NCBI GenBank assembly: GCA_048885525.1
Contig: JBHLLP010000012.1
Location: forward strand, 5,721-69,720
Length of the DNA stretch: 64,000 nucleotides
From: Candidatus Hermodarchaeota archaeon
GTDB taxonomy: Archaea > Asgardarchaeota > Lokiarchaeia > Sigyniarchaeales > SOKP01
Direction of reading: 5' to 3'
Positions 1 to 10,167 of this stretch are shown here, one piece after another (the stretch's first letter is position 1; every line of letters starts with the position of its first letter). Under the pieces are notes generated by a model that ran no database searches, had not been told where the DNA came from, and worked only from the letters and a program-made list of their open reading frames with translations. A program made the translations under genes and the position numbers.

Positions 1-1077
1 CTTATTAAGTCATCTGCTTTACTAAAAGGAGTTGTATTTCCTTTCCAATTTAGGAGTACATCACTAAATTGGTTTTCAAATGATAAATGAAACATTTCAA
101 GGCGATATCTAAATTCCTCAGCATGTCCTGCTGTAATTAAAATACTTTTTGTTTTGATACCATGAGTGAAAAATACTTTTTTATCTCCGTGATCAATTTC
201 TTTTATATGACCTTTATCTGATAATATTTCACCAAGAAGTATATCTACTCCTCCCATTGCTGATCCTGCTATATCACTTTCTACTTGTTTCACCTTATTT
301 TTGTTTACCCCTGACTGAAAATTATACTCATACAAAACTCCAGATGAGGCACTATCTATTACAAACAATCTTTCCATTTTTAACATCCAGTTTAGTTCTG
401 ATAACCTTGGTAAGCGATTCCACACATGTGTCATTAAAAGAGCACCAGTTAATATACATATATACATCAAAACAAACATCCAATTTCCAAAAATAGGTGT
501 AAGGAGTATAAAGTAAGTTGAAAATCCAGAAAGTGCAAAACCAATTATAAACCATACGATTGGGTTAGATTGTTTTACAACCTCGAGCTTCATAAATTTA
601 TCCATAAATTTACCACATGAAATCGCTAGAGGTACAACTATGACGATAATATCTATTATTAAACTTTCCAATCCAAAAATGCCAAGGATTATTATAGTAA
701 TAATGCCACCTCCAGAAAAAATAGAGAGTGTAAATGAAAATCTTTTTTTCTCTTGAATGGGACTATGTAAGTAACTATCCAATTCGTTCATGAATACAAA
801 AAGAAAAATTCCTATTGCCATGGAAAGGTTGATAAAAAGGGCAAAAATGGGATCATATTCAAGATCTGGATAGAATCGTGGTAATGATGAAAAAAACAAA
901 TTAAGTGCAAAGCATAAAAGATAGAGAGTAAATCCCGTTGTTGAGGAAGCTATTTTACCTTCTCGAATTCTTCTAATTGATTGAAGTGCTAAATAAAATA
1001 TTCCAATTGCAGCTAAAGAATGAAGTAGAAGAATAATATCTCTTTCAAAACCGAGTATTATTGTTTGGAATATCATC
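1..1077 (-). CDS. Multi-pass membrane protein with C-terminal cytoplasmic roadblock/LC7-like domain (partial; 3' end lies beyond window start)
   Basis: Missing from the ORF track because no stop lies inside the window. Hand translation of the minus strand from ATG 1077-1075 stays open to base 1 (359 codons). It starts MIFQTIILGFERDIILLLHSLAAIGIFYLALQ with about six hydrophobic helices. It then reads MERLFVIDSASSGVLYEYNF...DIAGSAMGGVDILLGEIL...KKVFFTHGIKTKSILITAGHAEEFRYRLEMFHLSFENQF, a strand-strand-helix-3 strands-helix pattern like the C-terminal domain of the Rag-like GTPase at 32178-33101. Track ORFs 257-496 and 352-555 are out-of-frame shadows. Confidence 0.6.
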
Positions 1078-1340
1078 TTGATTACCATAAAAACTCTTTA
1101 TTTTTAAAGTTAATCTTCAAGCTTAGTTATTAGTATTATGGTGCTCACAGATATTCCAGAACCCAAATTTATGAATAAGCGAAAAGAGTAATTAAGGCTC
1201 GATCAAATTTCAGTCGTAACTTTATTCTATTTTTTCATTTCAGGATGAATAGAGAAAATAAATGTTTTTGAACAATGCTAGAAGAAGTTTGAATCTATAA
1301 AGTTTAAACAATCTTCAAAACTCCCCTTTTCGAAAAATGT

Positions 1341-1429
1341 TGTCACTAGCTGGTATTAGATCCAATATTTTAAAAGGAAAGTAGAATTAATCTTTAAAAT
1401 CTATAAAGATTCTAAAAAATGAATTTTTT
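1341..1429 (+). promoter_or_regulatory. Conserved upstream block (putative promoter/5' leader) of Ntn-hydrolase-like paralog A
   Basis: TGTCACTA (1341-1348), ATATTTTAAAAGG (1365-1377, TATA-like) and TAGAATTAA (1382-1390) recur with nearly the same spacing upstream of paralog B (10082-10167). Confidence 0.45.
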
Positions 1430-2581
1430 ATGAAGAATACAAAACTATCTGTATTTATATTAATATTTAGCATCGGTTTTTTATTTACGAATATTTCCAT
1501 CCCACAAGGGTTAAGTATCGCCAATCTCGGTAAAATTCCTGAATCCTGTACAATTTTTACTGCTGCAATTGGAGATAAAGTGTTTTTTGGTAACAATGAG
1601 GACTTCCTTCTTGATGGAACATATATGTGGTTTTTTCCGAGTCAAGAGATTGAAATCCCTAATGGAACATTACTGACGCATGGGTCGATATTTTTCGGAT
1701 TTGATAATAATTATAATCATCCCGCTGATGGACGGGTCATGGGAGGGATGAATGATCAAGGCTTATGTTTTGATATAAATGGACTATCTGATATTATTAA
1801 GTTAAACTTATACCCTGAGCGAGAAGAAATTTACTCGTGGGCTTTAGGGAACGAAGGTCTCCAAGTGTTGTGGGAATGTAGTACTGTTAATGATACAATT
1901 GAATGGTTTGAATCTCATCATCCCTATAGTTATATTGCATGGCAGATACATTTCGCTGATGCTACAGGGGATGCTGTAGTTATCAGTGGAGGAGACGATG
2001 GAGAGCTCGTATATACTAGAAAAGGAAATTCAACTTACTTAATTTCAACTAATTTTAATGTCGCAAATTTTTCTAGTTGGCCACATGAATGTTGGCGTTA
2101 TGATACGGCGAAATCCTATCTCGAAGCCCTCTCTGACGAAGAAAGCCTTACTGTTGACTACTGCCGGGACATATTAGATGCTGTATCTACGTCTGAGACC
2201 TCATATAGCAATATTTTTGATCCTATTCAATTTGATATTTATGTGTACTATGAACATAGATATAGTAAAGTTATTAAACTGAATTTAGAAGAAGAACTGG
2301 CAAATATCACGACAGGAATTAATGGAGAACCAACCACACTTGGTGATATGCTGTCGTATTGGGGAGAATTTACTTTAAAAGCGATTCGCATTGCAGATCT
2401 ATTTCAAACTGATTATTCCTGGAATTATTACCCTGATACTCCAGAACCATCTTCTTTAAATCTCTGGCTTTTAATTCCATTAATTCTTGGTATTACGGGT
2501 TTAGCAATAGGTTCAGTGGTGGGTGTGATTTATGGCTCTAAGCACTTAATTAGATATTTTAAAAAGCTTAGAATGAAATGA
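1430..2581 (+). CDS. Secreted, C-terminally membrane-anchored Ntn-hydrolase-like protein (C45/C59 choloylglycine hydrolase-like), paralog A
   Basis: 383 aa. Signal/anchor KLSVFILIFSIGFLFTNISI, then SCTIFTAAIGDKVFFGNNEDF, which resembles the nucleophile Cys plus GRN.D motif of linear-amide Ntn hydrolases. C-terminal TM helix and basic tail LIRYFKKLRMK. About 60% identical by eye to 10168-11307. Confidence 0.5.
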   Translation: MKNTKLSVFILIFSIGFLFTNISIPQGLSIANLGKIPESCTIFTAAIGDKVFFGNNEDFLLDGTYMWFFPSQEIEIPNGTLLTHGSIFFGFDNNYNHPADGRVMGGMNDQGLCFDINGLSDIIKLNLYPEREEIYSWALGNEGLQVLWECSTVNDTIEWFESHHPYSYIAWQIHFADATGDAVVISGGDDGELVYTRKGNSTYLISTNFNVANFSSWPHECWRYDTAKSYLEALSDEESLTVDYCRDILDAVSTSETSYSNIFDPIQFDIYVYYEHRYSKVIKLNLEEELANITTGINGEPTTLGDMLSYWGEFTLKAIRIADLFQTDYSWNYYPDTPEPSSLNLWLLIPLILGITGLAIGSVVGVIYGSKHLIRYFKKLRMK

Positions 2582-2662
2582 TAATAATATTATAAAATTC
2601 CTATATCCATTTGGAACTCTTAAGATATTAGAAATTTCTGATTAAATGAGAATTCACGAGAC

Positions 2663-3535
2663 TTAAAGAATTTTACAACCGTGAATATTCTTTTTCCTCT
2701 GTTTTCTTTTATATAGTAGTATTAATATTATAGACACTCCAATAAAAGACCCAAAAATGATAAAGGGAGATAATCTGGTAAGTACCATTATCCAGTAATT
2801 GCTATATGAGATAAACACACCATTTATATTAATAATTTCATTTTTCCATTCCCACACATAACTTTTACCGTTCACAATATTGGTTATCGTACAGTTATAA
2901 TCTGAGTATGATTTAGGTTGCTTTCCAATTACCCTAAATTCAACTTTTTCTGTTATTGGCCCATTCCAAGCACGGGAAGTTCCTATATCATAATAGATGT
3001 ATATATAATCACTTCTAAAGTTTGGATTAGAGATATATGAATCAAAAATATATCTAATATTAAGAGAATTACTCCCAGGAATAGATAGATTGACAACTAT
3101 AAATTTTCTATTGAATTGGCCTTGATAATAGAAATCATGATATTTATCCCAAGGAGCATCCCAAATATCTTGCTGAATAACATTAAAAGGAATTGAACTT
3201 TCATTTACTTTTATTAAGCAAGAGTCTTTTATATTATTAAAAGCTGAAGAAAAAGGAGCTCCAAGTGTTATGTATTTGGACTCATTGGGATTATAGATTG
3301 TATAATTCGCTTCTATATGAAGATATATCTTATTAGCAGATTCCCGATAATTAATATCAAAAACAACATTAGCGTTTGTTAAAATTAAATGATCATTTTC
3401 TACGGGAACAAATCCAGCGGTTCCTCTATAATCAATAGGTATAATATCAGCTTTAGCACTACTTATATAGTTTGGAGAAATTAAGAATATTATCAAAAAA
3501 GTGTATAAATATGCTTTAATTCGAGTTTGTCCCAA
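2663..3535 (-). CDS. Hypothetical surface protein (signal peptide, beta-rich ectodomain, C-terminal TM anchor)
   Basis: 290 aa. Hydrophobic N-terminus YLYTFLIIFLISPNYISSAKA, N/Y/S-rich body with many N-x-S/T sequons, C-terminal TM plus KRKQRKK tail. No family recognised. Confidence 0.6.
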   Translation of the reverse strand: MGQTRIKAYLYTFLIIFLISPNYISSAKADIIPIDYRGTAGFVPVENDHLILTNANVVFDINYRESANKIYLHIEANYTIYNPNESKYITLGAPFSSAFNNIKDSCLIKVNESSIPFNVIQQDIWDAPWDKYHDFYYQGQFNRKFIVVNLSIPGSNSLNIRYIFDSYISNPNFRSDYIYIYYDIGTSRAWNGPITEKVEFRVIGKQPKSYSDYNCTITNIVNGKSYVWEWKNEIININGVFISYSNYWIMVLTRLSPFIIFGSFIGVSIILILLYKRKQRKKNIHGCKIL

Positions 3536-3737
3536 TATAGATGCTCCAGTCTTATTTTTTCCTTGTCTAATTAATTATTGGCGGTTATCTTTAAATATTA
3601 ATTTATAAGAAATTTGATCATTTAAATATTACAATAAATTAAAAAAATCTCTAGAAGTAGGGGGCACCGCTTTTATTTGAATTAATTTATACAAAGCTAA
3701 ATTTGAAAAGAATAATAAAATGAAGGAAAATTTTTAA

Positions 3738-4676
3738 TCACATTATTTCTTTGCTAAAAACAGTAATCGGATCTTCAATAACAGGACTTTCTATGATTAT
3801 AACCATTTTATTTACTCCTAAATTTTCAAATTCCTGTATTTTTTCTTGAATATCTTTAATAGTACCCATGAAATGGTATTTTATATTGGATTTAAAGATT
3901 CCCTTCTCTTTTCTTATTCTTTCAAGCGTTTTTTGGTTGTCTACAATTGTAATATTAGTATAAATAGAGGTCTCAAACTCCATTGGATCTCGACCGTATT
4001 CCTTTAATTTTTCATTAATCGTAGAAATACTCTCTCTGAATTTTTTTTGATCTCGAGGAATTTGATATGCTAGATTTACTCCATCTGCTTCTCTACACGC
4101 AAGATCGATCATTCTCTTCCCATTGTTAGTTCCAACAACAATCTGCGGGTAAGGTTTCTGAATAGACTTTGGAAAATTTATATGGGTTTCTAGTTTCCAA
4201 AATTTTCCATCAAATGTAGTTTCATCTTCTGTAAATATCTTCTTGTAAATAATAAGGGATTCTTCTAACTCATCAACTCTCCTTTTTGGGGAATAAAATG
4301 GATAACCATAGGCCTCAAATTCATCTTTAAGCCACCCTGCTCCTACCCACAGTAAAATACGGCCATTAGAAATATGATCCAATGTCAATATTACTTTAGC
4401 TAAATAAGCTGGATTGCGAAATGAATTACACATAACGATATGGCCTAATTTTATCCTATTTGTTTCCGTTGCTAAAGCAGCCAATATTGTATTAGATTCT
4501 AAAAATGGTATTTTTTTCTTTTGTACATCTCCTAAACTAAAGAAATGATCTGTAACGTGAACAGATTCAAATCCTAATCTTTCAGCTTTTACTGTTAAGT
4601 CTCTAATTTCAGAATATTTTTGATTTGAAGGATCTCTCACAACATACCCAAATCTCATAGGATTAAAAAAAAACAT
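3738..4676 (-). CDS. Luciferase-like monooxygenase (LLM) family flavin/F420-dependent oxidoreductase
   Basis: 312 aa. LGFESVHVTDHF, VGAGW and overall LLM TIM-barrel pattern. The true start may be the internal ATG at 4658 (MRFGYVV). Confidence 0.65.
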   Translation of the reverse strand: MFFFNPMRFGYVVRDPSNQKYSEIRDLTVKAERLGFESVHVTDHFFSLGDVQKKKIPFLESNTILAALATETNRIKLGHIVMCNSFRNPAYLAKVILTLDHISNGRILLWVGAGWLKDEFEAYGYPFYSPKRRVDELEESLIIYKKIFTEDETTFDGKFWKLETHINFPKSIQKPYPQIVVGTNNGKRMIDLACREADGVNLAYQIPRDQKKFRESISTINEKLKEYGRDPMEFETSIYTNITIVDNQKTLERIRKEKGIFKSNIKYHFMGTIKDIQEKIQEFENLGVNKMVIIIESPVIEDPITVFSKEIM

Positions 4677-4730
4677 GAACTAAATTAAGTTTTATCGTTT
4701 TTACCGAAAAATGTACATATACGTTATTTT

Positions 4731-5324
4731 TTAAAATGGTTTTTTAAATATTTTAGTTATCCTTTTTCGCGTCATATAAGCTGAGATCCCAATAATAGAC
4801 AAGAATATAATTATATGAGAATAACCTGGAATATCATTTGGTTGATATAAATCCCATGAAGTAAGTATTAAGGTACGTTGAGGATGGTCAGCTTCTACTA
4901 TGATTCCCGTGGCTATGTCAATAATTTCATATTCTTCGGGATTGATCATAAAGGTTTTACAGACTGTTATCAATCTCAATGCGTAAGTATGGTTGTATGT
5001 TCCATATATAGAACTCATTGTTGCTGTCCAAGTGTCATCATGAATAAAATCATTAGAAATTATCTGATTTGAATTAAAGGCTCCATTTACGTAATTATCT
5101 GCTCGAACTTCTGTTGTTGAGATGCTTGTTACATTAAAGCTATAATAATCTTTACTATCAATTCTAACTGTCCACTTAAACCCTATTGATATCCCTTTAT
5201 AATCCGCTGTTCTTAATCGAGAAAAAGTGTCTTCATATGATCGAATATTTCCAATATTGCTGAAAATACATAAAAAGATTATGATCGGGATTATATTAGG
5301 AAGAAATTTTCTGAGTTTTTTCAT
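4731..5324 (-). CDS. Hypothetical small surface protein (N-terminal signal/anchor, C-terminal TM anchor)
   Basis: 197 aa. N-terminal hydrophobic segment IIPIIIFLCIFSNIG and C-terminal HIIIFLSIIGISAYM followed by the basic tail TRKRITKIFKKPF. Confidence 0.5.
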   Translation of the reverse strand: MKKLRKFLPNIIPIIIFLCIFSNIGNIRSYEDTFSRLRTADYKGISIGFKWTVRIDSKDYYSFNVTSISTTEVRADNYVNGAFNSNQIISNDFIHDDTWTATMSSIYGTYNHTYALRLITVCKTFMINPEEYEIIDIATGIIVEADHPQRTLILTSWDLYQPNDIPGYSHIIIFLSIIGISAYMTRKRITKIFKKPF

Positions 5325-5578
5325 TTTAAATTACTTTCCACCTTTTTACTTTCTATTATTAACTAGATGGTCTTTAGATATATATTTAGATGTATATAAC
5401 TTCTATCGAACAATTTAAATAATGTCTAAATATTTCATTAGGTTAATAATTTATGAATTAAATTGCAAACAGAATTTAGCTCATAAATACTTCGATTTAA
5501 ATTGAAGTTAATGTACTTTTTTTTGAGCATTTCCATATCTGATTATGTTCTTTAGTTATAATTGCAATTTTTTTTTTA

Positions 5579-6028
5579 TTATAGATAAGGTAAAAATTTA
5601 TCTAGAGTTATTTTTGCCCCTATTTTCGATGGAATTTCAACTGCTTTCTTTACATCATTATAAGAATAACCCTTATTATATAAATTTTCTATTACTGGAG
5701 AGAAAACCTTTTTATAATATTTATCTCCAATTTTATTAATAATTTTATCGAATTCCTTGGTTGCTATCCATTTCTCTTGTTTTCTATGAGTAATTGATAC
5801 CCCTTTCTCCTTTCCTTTTTGTTCTAATTTATATTTCTGGGGTTCTTTTCCTAGCCGCGCTTGATATCCAACAATAGCAATCACAATTCCATGGATCTTT
5901 GCCTCTTCTTCATTATGTCCAGCTTTAAGCCAATCAATACGATGATATTCGGAGATTATATCCCATTTACCTATCTTAATTAATTTCATTTCTTCTATTT
6001 CTTTTGAGTTAAAGCCGTTAGGTATCAT
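5579..6028 (-). CDS. Hypothetical protein
   Basis: 149-aa ORF flanked by about 250-280 nt AT-rich spacers. Lys-rich, no recognisable motif. Confidence 0.4.
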   Translation of the reverse strand: MIPNGFNSKEIEEMKLIKIGKWDIISEYHRIDWLKAGHNEEEAKIHGIVIAIVGYQARLGKEPQKYKLEQKGKEKGVSITHRKQEKWIATKEFDKIINKIGDKYYKKVFSPVIENLYNKGYSYNDVKKAVEIPSKIGAKITLDKFLPYL

Positions 6029-6307
6029 GTAATTAGCTATAATTTTTACTGTACACTTTTAAAAATAAATAAGTAATTTGCTATTTTAATTCTTTTAGTT
6101 GTGTGTTAAAATAATATATATTATTTTAAGAATGAAGCGAGTAGTGATTAAGATTACTTAAAGAGTGCTGATGCAGATTCTCGGGAATTAGCCAAGAAAA
6201 TTAGGAATATTTTATAGTATAAGGTTTTTTTCAATCTTTTCTACTAATTTTGAAAAAAGTTAAATATATTTTTTATAGTTCTGAGCATCTTTTTCAAATT
6301 AATTCAT

Positions 6308-6979
6308 TTATTTCTTAAGAATTATTTTCATCCAACCATCAGTCAATATCAATTGGAATTTTTTATTAAATTTTGTGTGTTCAAGAAGCCTTTTAATTTT
6401 GGTATTGTATAATTTCCATGGAAAGCCATGTGCTTTCTGGATTTGGCTAACAATATGATATTTAAAAGATCCATATTGACGTTTTAATTTAAGAATTTCA
6501 TCCTTAGGGGGATTTGAGCATCCATCATAAATCCAAGCTTCGCTACCATGTTTTAACACACGATAACACTCATTGAAAACCTTGAGAGGGTGCTTCCAGT
6601 GATGAAATGAACCCGTGCTAGCGATAAAATCGACAGAATTGTTTTCAAAAGGAATATTTATAGCATTTGCTAATTTAAAATTTACATTTTTAAAACCTTT
6701 TGCATTACTCGTAGCAATTTCAACCATTTTTCTACTCAAATCAATCCCATAAATATTTAACTTAGGTGCTCTTTTTGCGATTTCTATTGATAAGAAACCG
6801 GTACCTGACCCTACATCAATAAGAATTCCTTTATCTATTTTTTGAACAATATCTTGGGCAATTCTTAATTCCGGTTTACTCAAAATTATTTTTACAAGAG
6901 CATTATAAAGAATTGCACCAGGGGTAGGGATTGCTTCAAATTTTACTTGGATATCTCTAATAATTTTTGCTAAACCCAT
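6308..6979 (-). CDS. Class I SAM-dependent methyltransferase
   Basis: 223 aa. Motif I LIDVGSGTGFLSIEIA, post-I acidic IYGIDLS, Methyltransf_11-like layout. Confidence 0.75.
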   Translation of the reverse strand: MGLAKIIRDIQVKFEAIPTPGAILYNALVKIILSKPELRIAQDIVQKIDKGILIDVGSGTGFLSIEIAKRAPKLNIYGIDLSRKMVEIATSNAKGFKNVNFKLANAINIPFENNSVDFIASTGSFHHWKHPLKVFNECYRVLKHGSEAWIYDGCSNPPKDEILKLKRQYGSFKYHIVSQIQKAHGFPWKLYNTKIKRLLEHTKFNKKFQLILTDGWMKIILKK

Positions 6980-7244
6980 TTGTGTATTCTCTTTTATGAT
7001 TATAATTATACTTTGAATTTTCTTTCGTCATATATCACATTTTCTCTTGAAATAATGATTTACTTCTGAAATAGTCTTTTTTGCATCTACTCTTTGTTTT
7101 CAATATTTCGATAAGTTATTCAAATATTTAAATATTGGAATTAGTCAACAAAATCAAGAGAAGATTAAAAAAAGATTATAACTAAAGAATAATTTATCAT
7201 CAATCTTGTTTATATTGATAAATCCCAAAATTAAATGAAAAATA

Positions 7245-7637
7245 ATGTCGAGCAATCAATCTGAAAATATTGAAGATATTGAAATTAAATCTATAAAAAA
7301 GGCTATTATGGATTATTACCATGAAGGGCATGTTAAGAGCGATCCAGAACTCTATAAAAAAATCTTGCATGATGAATGGAAGTTTTTTCTATTCAATGAG
7401 AATAATCAATTAAGAATAGTTGATAAAGAAGAGTATTTATCTTGGTATGATCCAGAAAAAGTGAATAAAGACTTAACTTGGACTACTGAGTTTTATAATA
7501 TTGATGTAACTGGGAATAATGCTGCTGTAAAATTAAGAATAGAATGTGAGGAAGTTGGATATATTGATTACTTTAACCTAATGAAAATTAACGATAAATG
7601 GTGGATCGTCCATAAAATTTCACATAAAATCAAATAA
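7245..7637 (+). CDS. NTF2-like / SnoaL-like (putative lumazine-binding) family protein
   Basis: 130 aa. IMDYYHEGHVKSDPELYKKILHDEW and C-terminal KWWIVHK pattern typical of small NTF2-fold proteins. Confidence 0.45.
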   Translation: MSSNQSENIEDIEIKSIKKAIMDYYHEGHVKSDPELYKKILHDEWKFFLFNENNQLRIVDKEEYLSWYDPEKVNKDLTWTTEFYNIDVTGNNAAVKLRIECEEVGYIDYFNLMKINDKWWIVHKISHKIK

Positions 7638-7664
7638 AATTATTTCAAAATATTTTCTTTTTTT

Positions 7665-8609
7665 TTAAGAGAAATTAAATTTTTTAAAAATTTTAGCTAT
7701 ATTCTTTATGTGACGATGATTTGTGCCACAGCATCCCCCTAGGATTCTGACATTTGAGTTTAAATATAAATCTATCATCCTTTTCGCCCAAGTGCGTGGG
7801 TTTTCAGAAACCGTTTTGTTAAGTAATTCTAATTCTTCAGGACTCTTAGCAGAACCATTCGCTTGTAATCCCATAAGTCGAGTTCTTACTAGTTCCGTAT
7901 TATTAGGGTCATTATTTATTGTACTTATACAATGATTTGGATGAATGCAATTTAGCATATAATAGAACGGTTTTGGTGAAACAGAATTATCAATTACTGA
8001 AATTGCTTCATTAAGGGATGTTCCATCTAACAAAGTCCCATTTGGGCGAATAACAAAACTCAAAACATAATCAATATTTGATTCTGCCATAGCTTTAGCC
8101 ATACCTAGAGCCTCTGAAGAAGCTGGTAAAGTGGACCCAAGTAAGAAGTCCACACCTGCTTCAGTTAGCTCTTTTACTTGAAATTTATGAAAATCGTGTG
8201 CCTTATCAGTTGGAAGAGCTTCTTCTGGATTATAGGCATCCCCTTTACAAGCCATTGGTCCTCCTATTGATATTTTATTAGCAAATTCCCCGTATTTCTC
8301 ACGAATGTCAAATAAAAATTTAACACAATCAGCATTAACGTTTTTATTTTTTAATCCAGCTAATTCTATACGCTCCTGATTTGCTCGCCAAGTAGGAGTA
8401 AGAATTAGAATTGGTAAGTTAAATTTATAGGCTACAGAGATATACTGATTATAGATTTTATCAAGTATTTTTTTTCCAATAGTATCATAAATCATACCAG
8501 CATTCGCGATGTATTCGTCCAACTCAAATTTGAATTCTGTTTTTACTCTTTCGATAACAGCTCCTTCAGCAAGGATTAAAGGATTTTCTGAAATTAATTT
8601 TCTTAACAT
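7665..8609 (-). CDS. Homocysteine S-methyltransferase family protein
   Basis: 314 aa. Hcy-binding domain layout with the C-terminal zinc-ligand motif ILGGCCGT. Confidence 0.75.
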   Translation of the reverse strand: MLRKLISENPLILAEGAVIERVKTEFKFELDEYIANAGMIYDTIGKKILDKIYNQYISVAYKFNLPILILTPTWRANQERIELAGLKNKNVNADCVKFLFDIREKYGEFANKISIGGPMACKGDAYNPEEALPTDKAHDFHKFQVKELTEAGVDFLLGSTLPASSEALGMAKAMAESNIDYVLSFVIRPNGTLLDGTSLNEAISVIDNSVSPKPFYYMLNCIHPNHCISTINNDPNNTELVRTRLMGLQANGSAKSPEELELLNKTVSENPRTWAKRMIDLYLNSNVRILGGCCGTNHRHIKNIAKIFKKFNFS

Positions 8610-8754
8610 AATTCCTTAGCTTCCTAACATTAAGTTTTAAAATTTACTTATTAACATAAAAGAATCATAAAGAATTTTAAAGATAGGAATTAATAAATAT
8701 TTTGCTAGAGGACAAAAAATAATTGTAAATACTTTAGATTAATTTTAAAAGAGT

Positions 8755-9915
8755 TTAGTACACTAAATTGGAATCATGCTCTTTTAAAGTATCTGTAAGA
8801 ACCAAACAGACTTTCTCTAAAATTTTTGAATCAATTTTGTCGATGGTATCATTAGGAGTATGCATAAAAGCATATGATTCTACACCACCTATTTCAAATC
8901 CCTGAAGCCCCCTATCTCCTAAAAAGCCTCCATCGGAATGTGTACCGAGGACTCTTTCCGTAAAGTAGTGTCTGATTGGAAGATTTCTTTTATTATTCAA
9001 TAGTAAATGATTAATATGTCTAGCGTGATCTCCTTCATTTTCTCCAGGAAATAGAAATACTTGTTTAGCTATAGATTCAAAATTAAAGATTATTGATTTT
9101 TTGGGATCAAAATCCTTTAAATTATTATAAAATTGTCTTATACCCATTGTTCCGCATTCCTCAGCTCCAGTAAAAAGAAACCACATGTTATAATTTTGTA
9201 ATCTGTTTTCAGGGATGCTATAATAGTTTAATAGCTCTAAATTGCACGCGATACCTGACGCATTATCAATAGCGCCATCAGAACTATTATCCGTAGTGTT
9301 AATAAGCAGTATTATTGAGGTAAATATGTTAAATGTTAAAGGAACCAACCCGATAACATAAAATATGATTTCAAATCCTATAAATATCAAATTTTTAAAG
9401 ACTACATTAATAGCTAAAATAATTGAGGTAGCGATCCAAAGTCTTATAATTCTTATACGTATTCTAATCTTGAATCTTTGTCCTTTAGAATCCAGATGAC
9501 TTATAAACAATAAAATTCTGTTATTATTCTTTATTTTATTAGTTAAGGATTTAACTTTTACTAAAAGGTTTTGTGAATTGAATTTTGGTCTAAACTGAAT
9601 TTTTTCGGGTTTCCTCGTCAATATAATAGATGTAATCAATATACTAAGTAAAATAAATATTAAAATCATAGACGCAATCAGATCTACCTTCATATAAAGT
9701 AAAAATAATATTAATGAAGTAGATAAAAATGATATTTTGGGATATATTCTTGAATAAAATGAACTATATGTAAATTTTTGCATTTCAAATTCCAAATTTA
9801 AATTCTCTACTTCTTCTTTTACCTTATTAAACGCCTTAAGTTCGAATTCCGTGCCAGATAATCGAGGAAAAGAGAATTTTTTAAGATTCTTTTTAATGCG
9901 GGCTTCTTCAATCAT
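8755..9915 (-). CDS. Membrane-embedded M28 family metallopeptidase
   Basis: 386 aa. Several TM helices in the N-terminal two thirds. M28 motifs DGAIDNASGIA and FTGAEECG, C-terminal HTPNDT. Confidence 0.65.
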   Translation of the reverse strand: MIEEARIKKNLKKFSFPRLSGTEFELKAFNKVKEEVENLNLEFEMQKFTYSSFYSRIYPKISFLSTSLILFLLYMKVDLIASMILIFILLSILITSIILTRKPEKIQFRPKFNSQNLLVKVKSLTNKIKNNNRILLFISHLDSKGQRFKIRIRIRIIRLWIATSIILAINVVFKNLIFIGFEIIFYVIGLVPLTFNIFTSIILLINTTDNSSDGAIDNASGIACNLELLNYYSIPENRLQNYNMWFLFTGAEECGTMGIRQFYNNLKDFDPKKSIIFNFESIAKQVFLFPGENEGDHARHINHLLLNNKRNLPIRHYFTERVLGTHSDGGFLGDRGLQGFEIGGVESYAFMHTPNDTIDKIDSKILEKVCLVLTDTLKEHDSNLVY

Positions 9916-10081
9916 AATAATCGTAAAAATTTTTAAGAGATGTAGTATAAAAGAGTAAAAAATCTATATAGAGTATCATTGTACATTACCTATTAATATA
10001 GAGATTTTATGGTTTTTTATCTGGTTTTGTTTAATTGTAAGATTACAATTTAAAACAGATTAAGAACTTTCCTAAATATTT

Positions 10082-10167
10082 TGTCACTATGATTATTTGA
10101 ACTTATATTTTATAAGGACATTAGAATTAAACTTTTAAATCAAAGCAGTCTATAATAAGTAATTTTT
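10082..10167 (+). promoter_or_regulatory. Conserved upstream block (putative promoter/5' leader) of Ntn-hydrolase-like paralog B
   Basis: TGTCACTA (10082-10089), ATATTTTATAAGG (10105-10117) and TAGAATTAA (10122-10130) match the block at 1341-1429 with 2-3 nt spacing differences. Confidence 0.45.

Noticed and set aside
257-555. Track ORFs 257-496(+) and 352-555(-)
   Set aside because: Both are out of frame with, or antisense to, the 359-codon open minus-strand frame that runs from 1077 off the window. That frame has coherent TM and domain structure.
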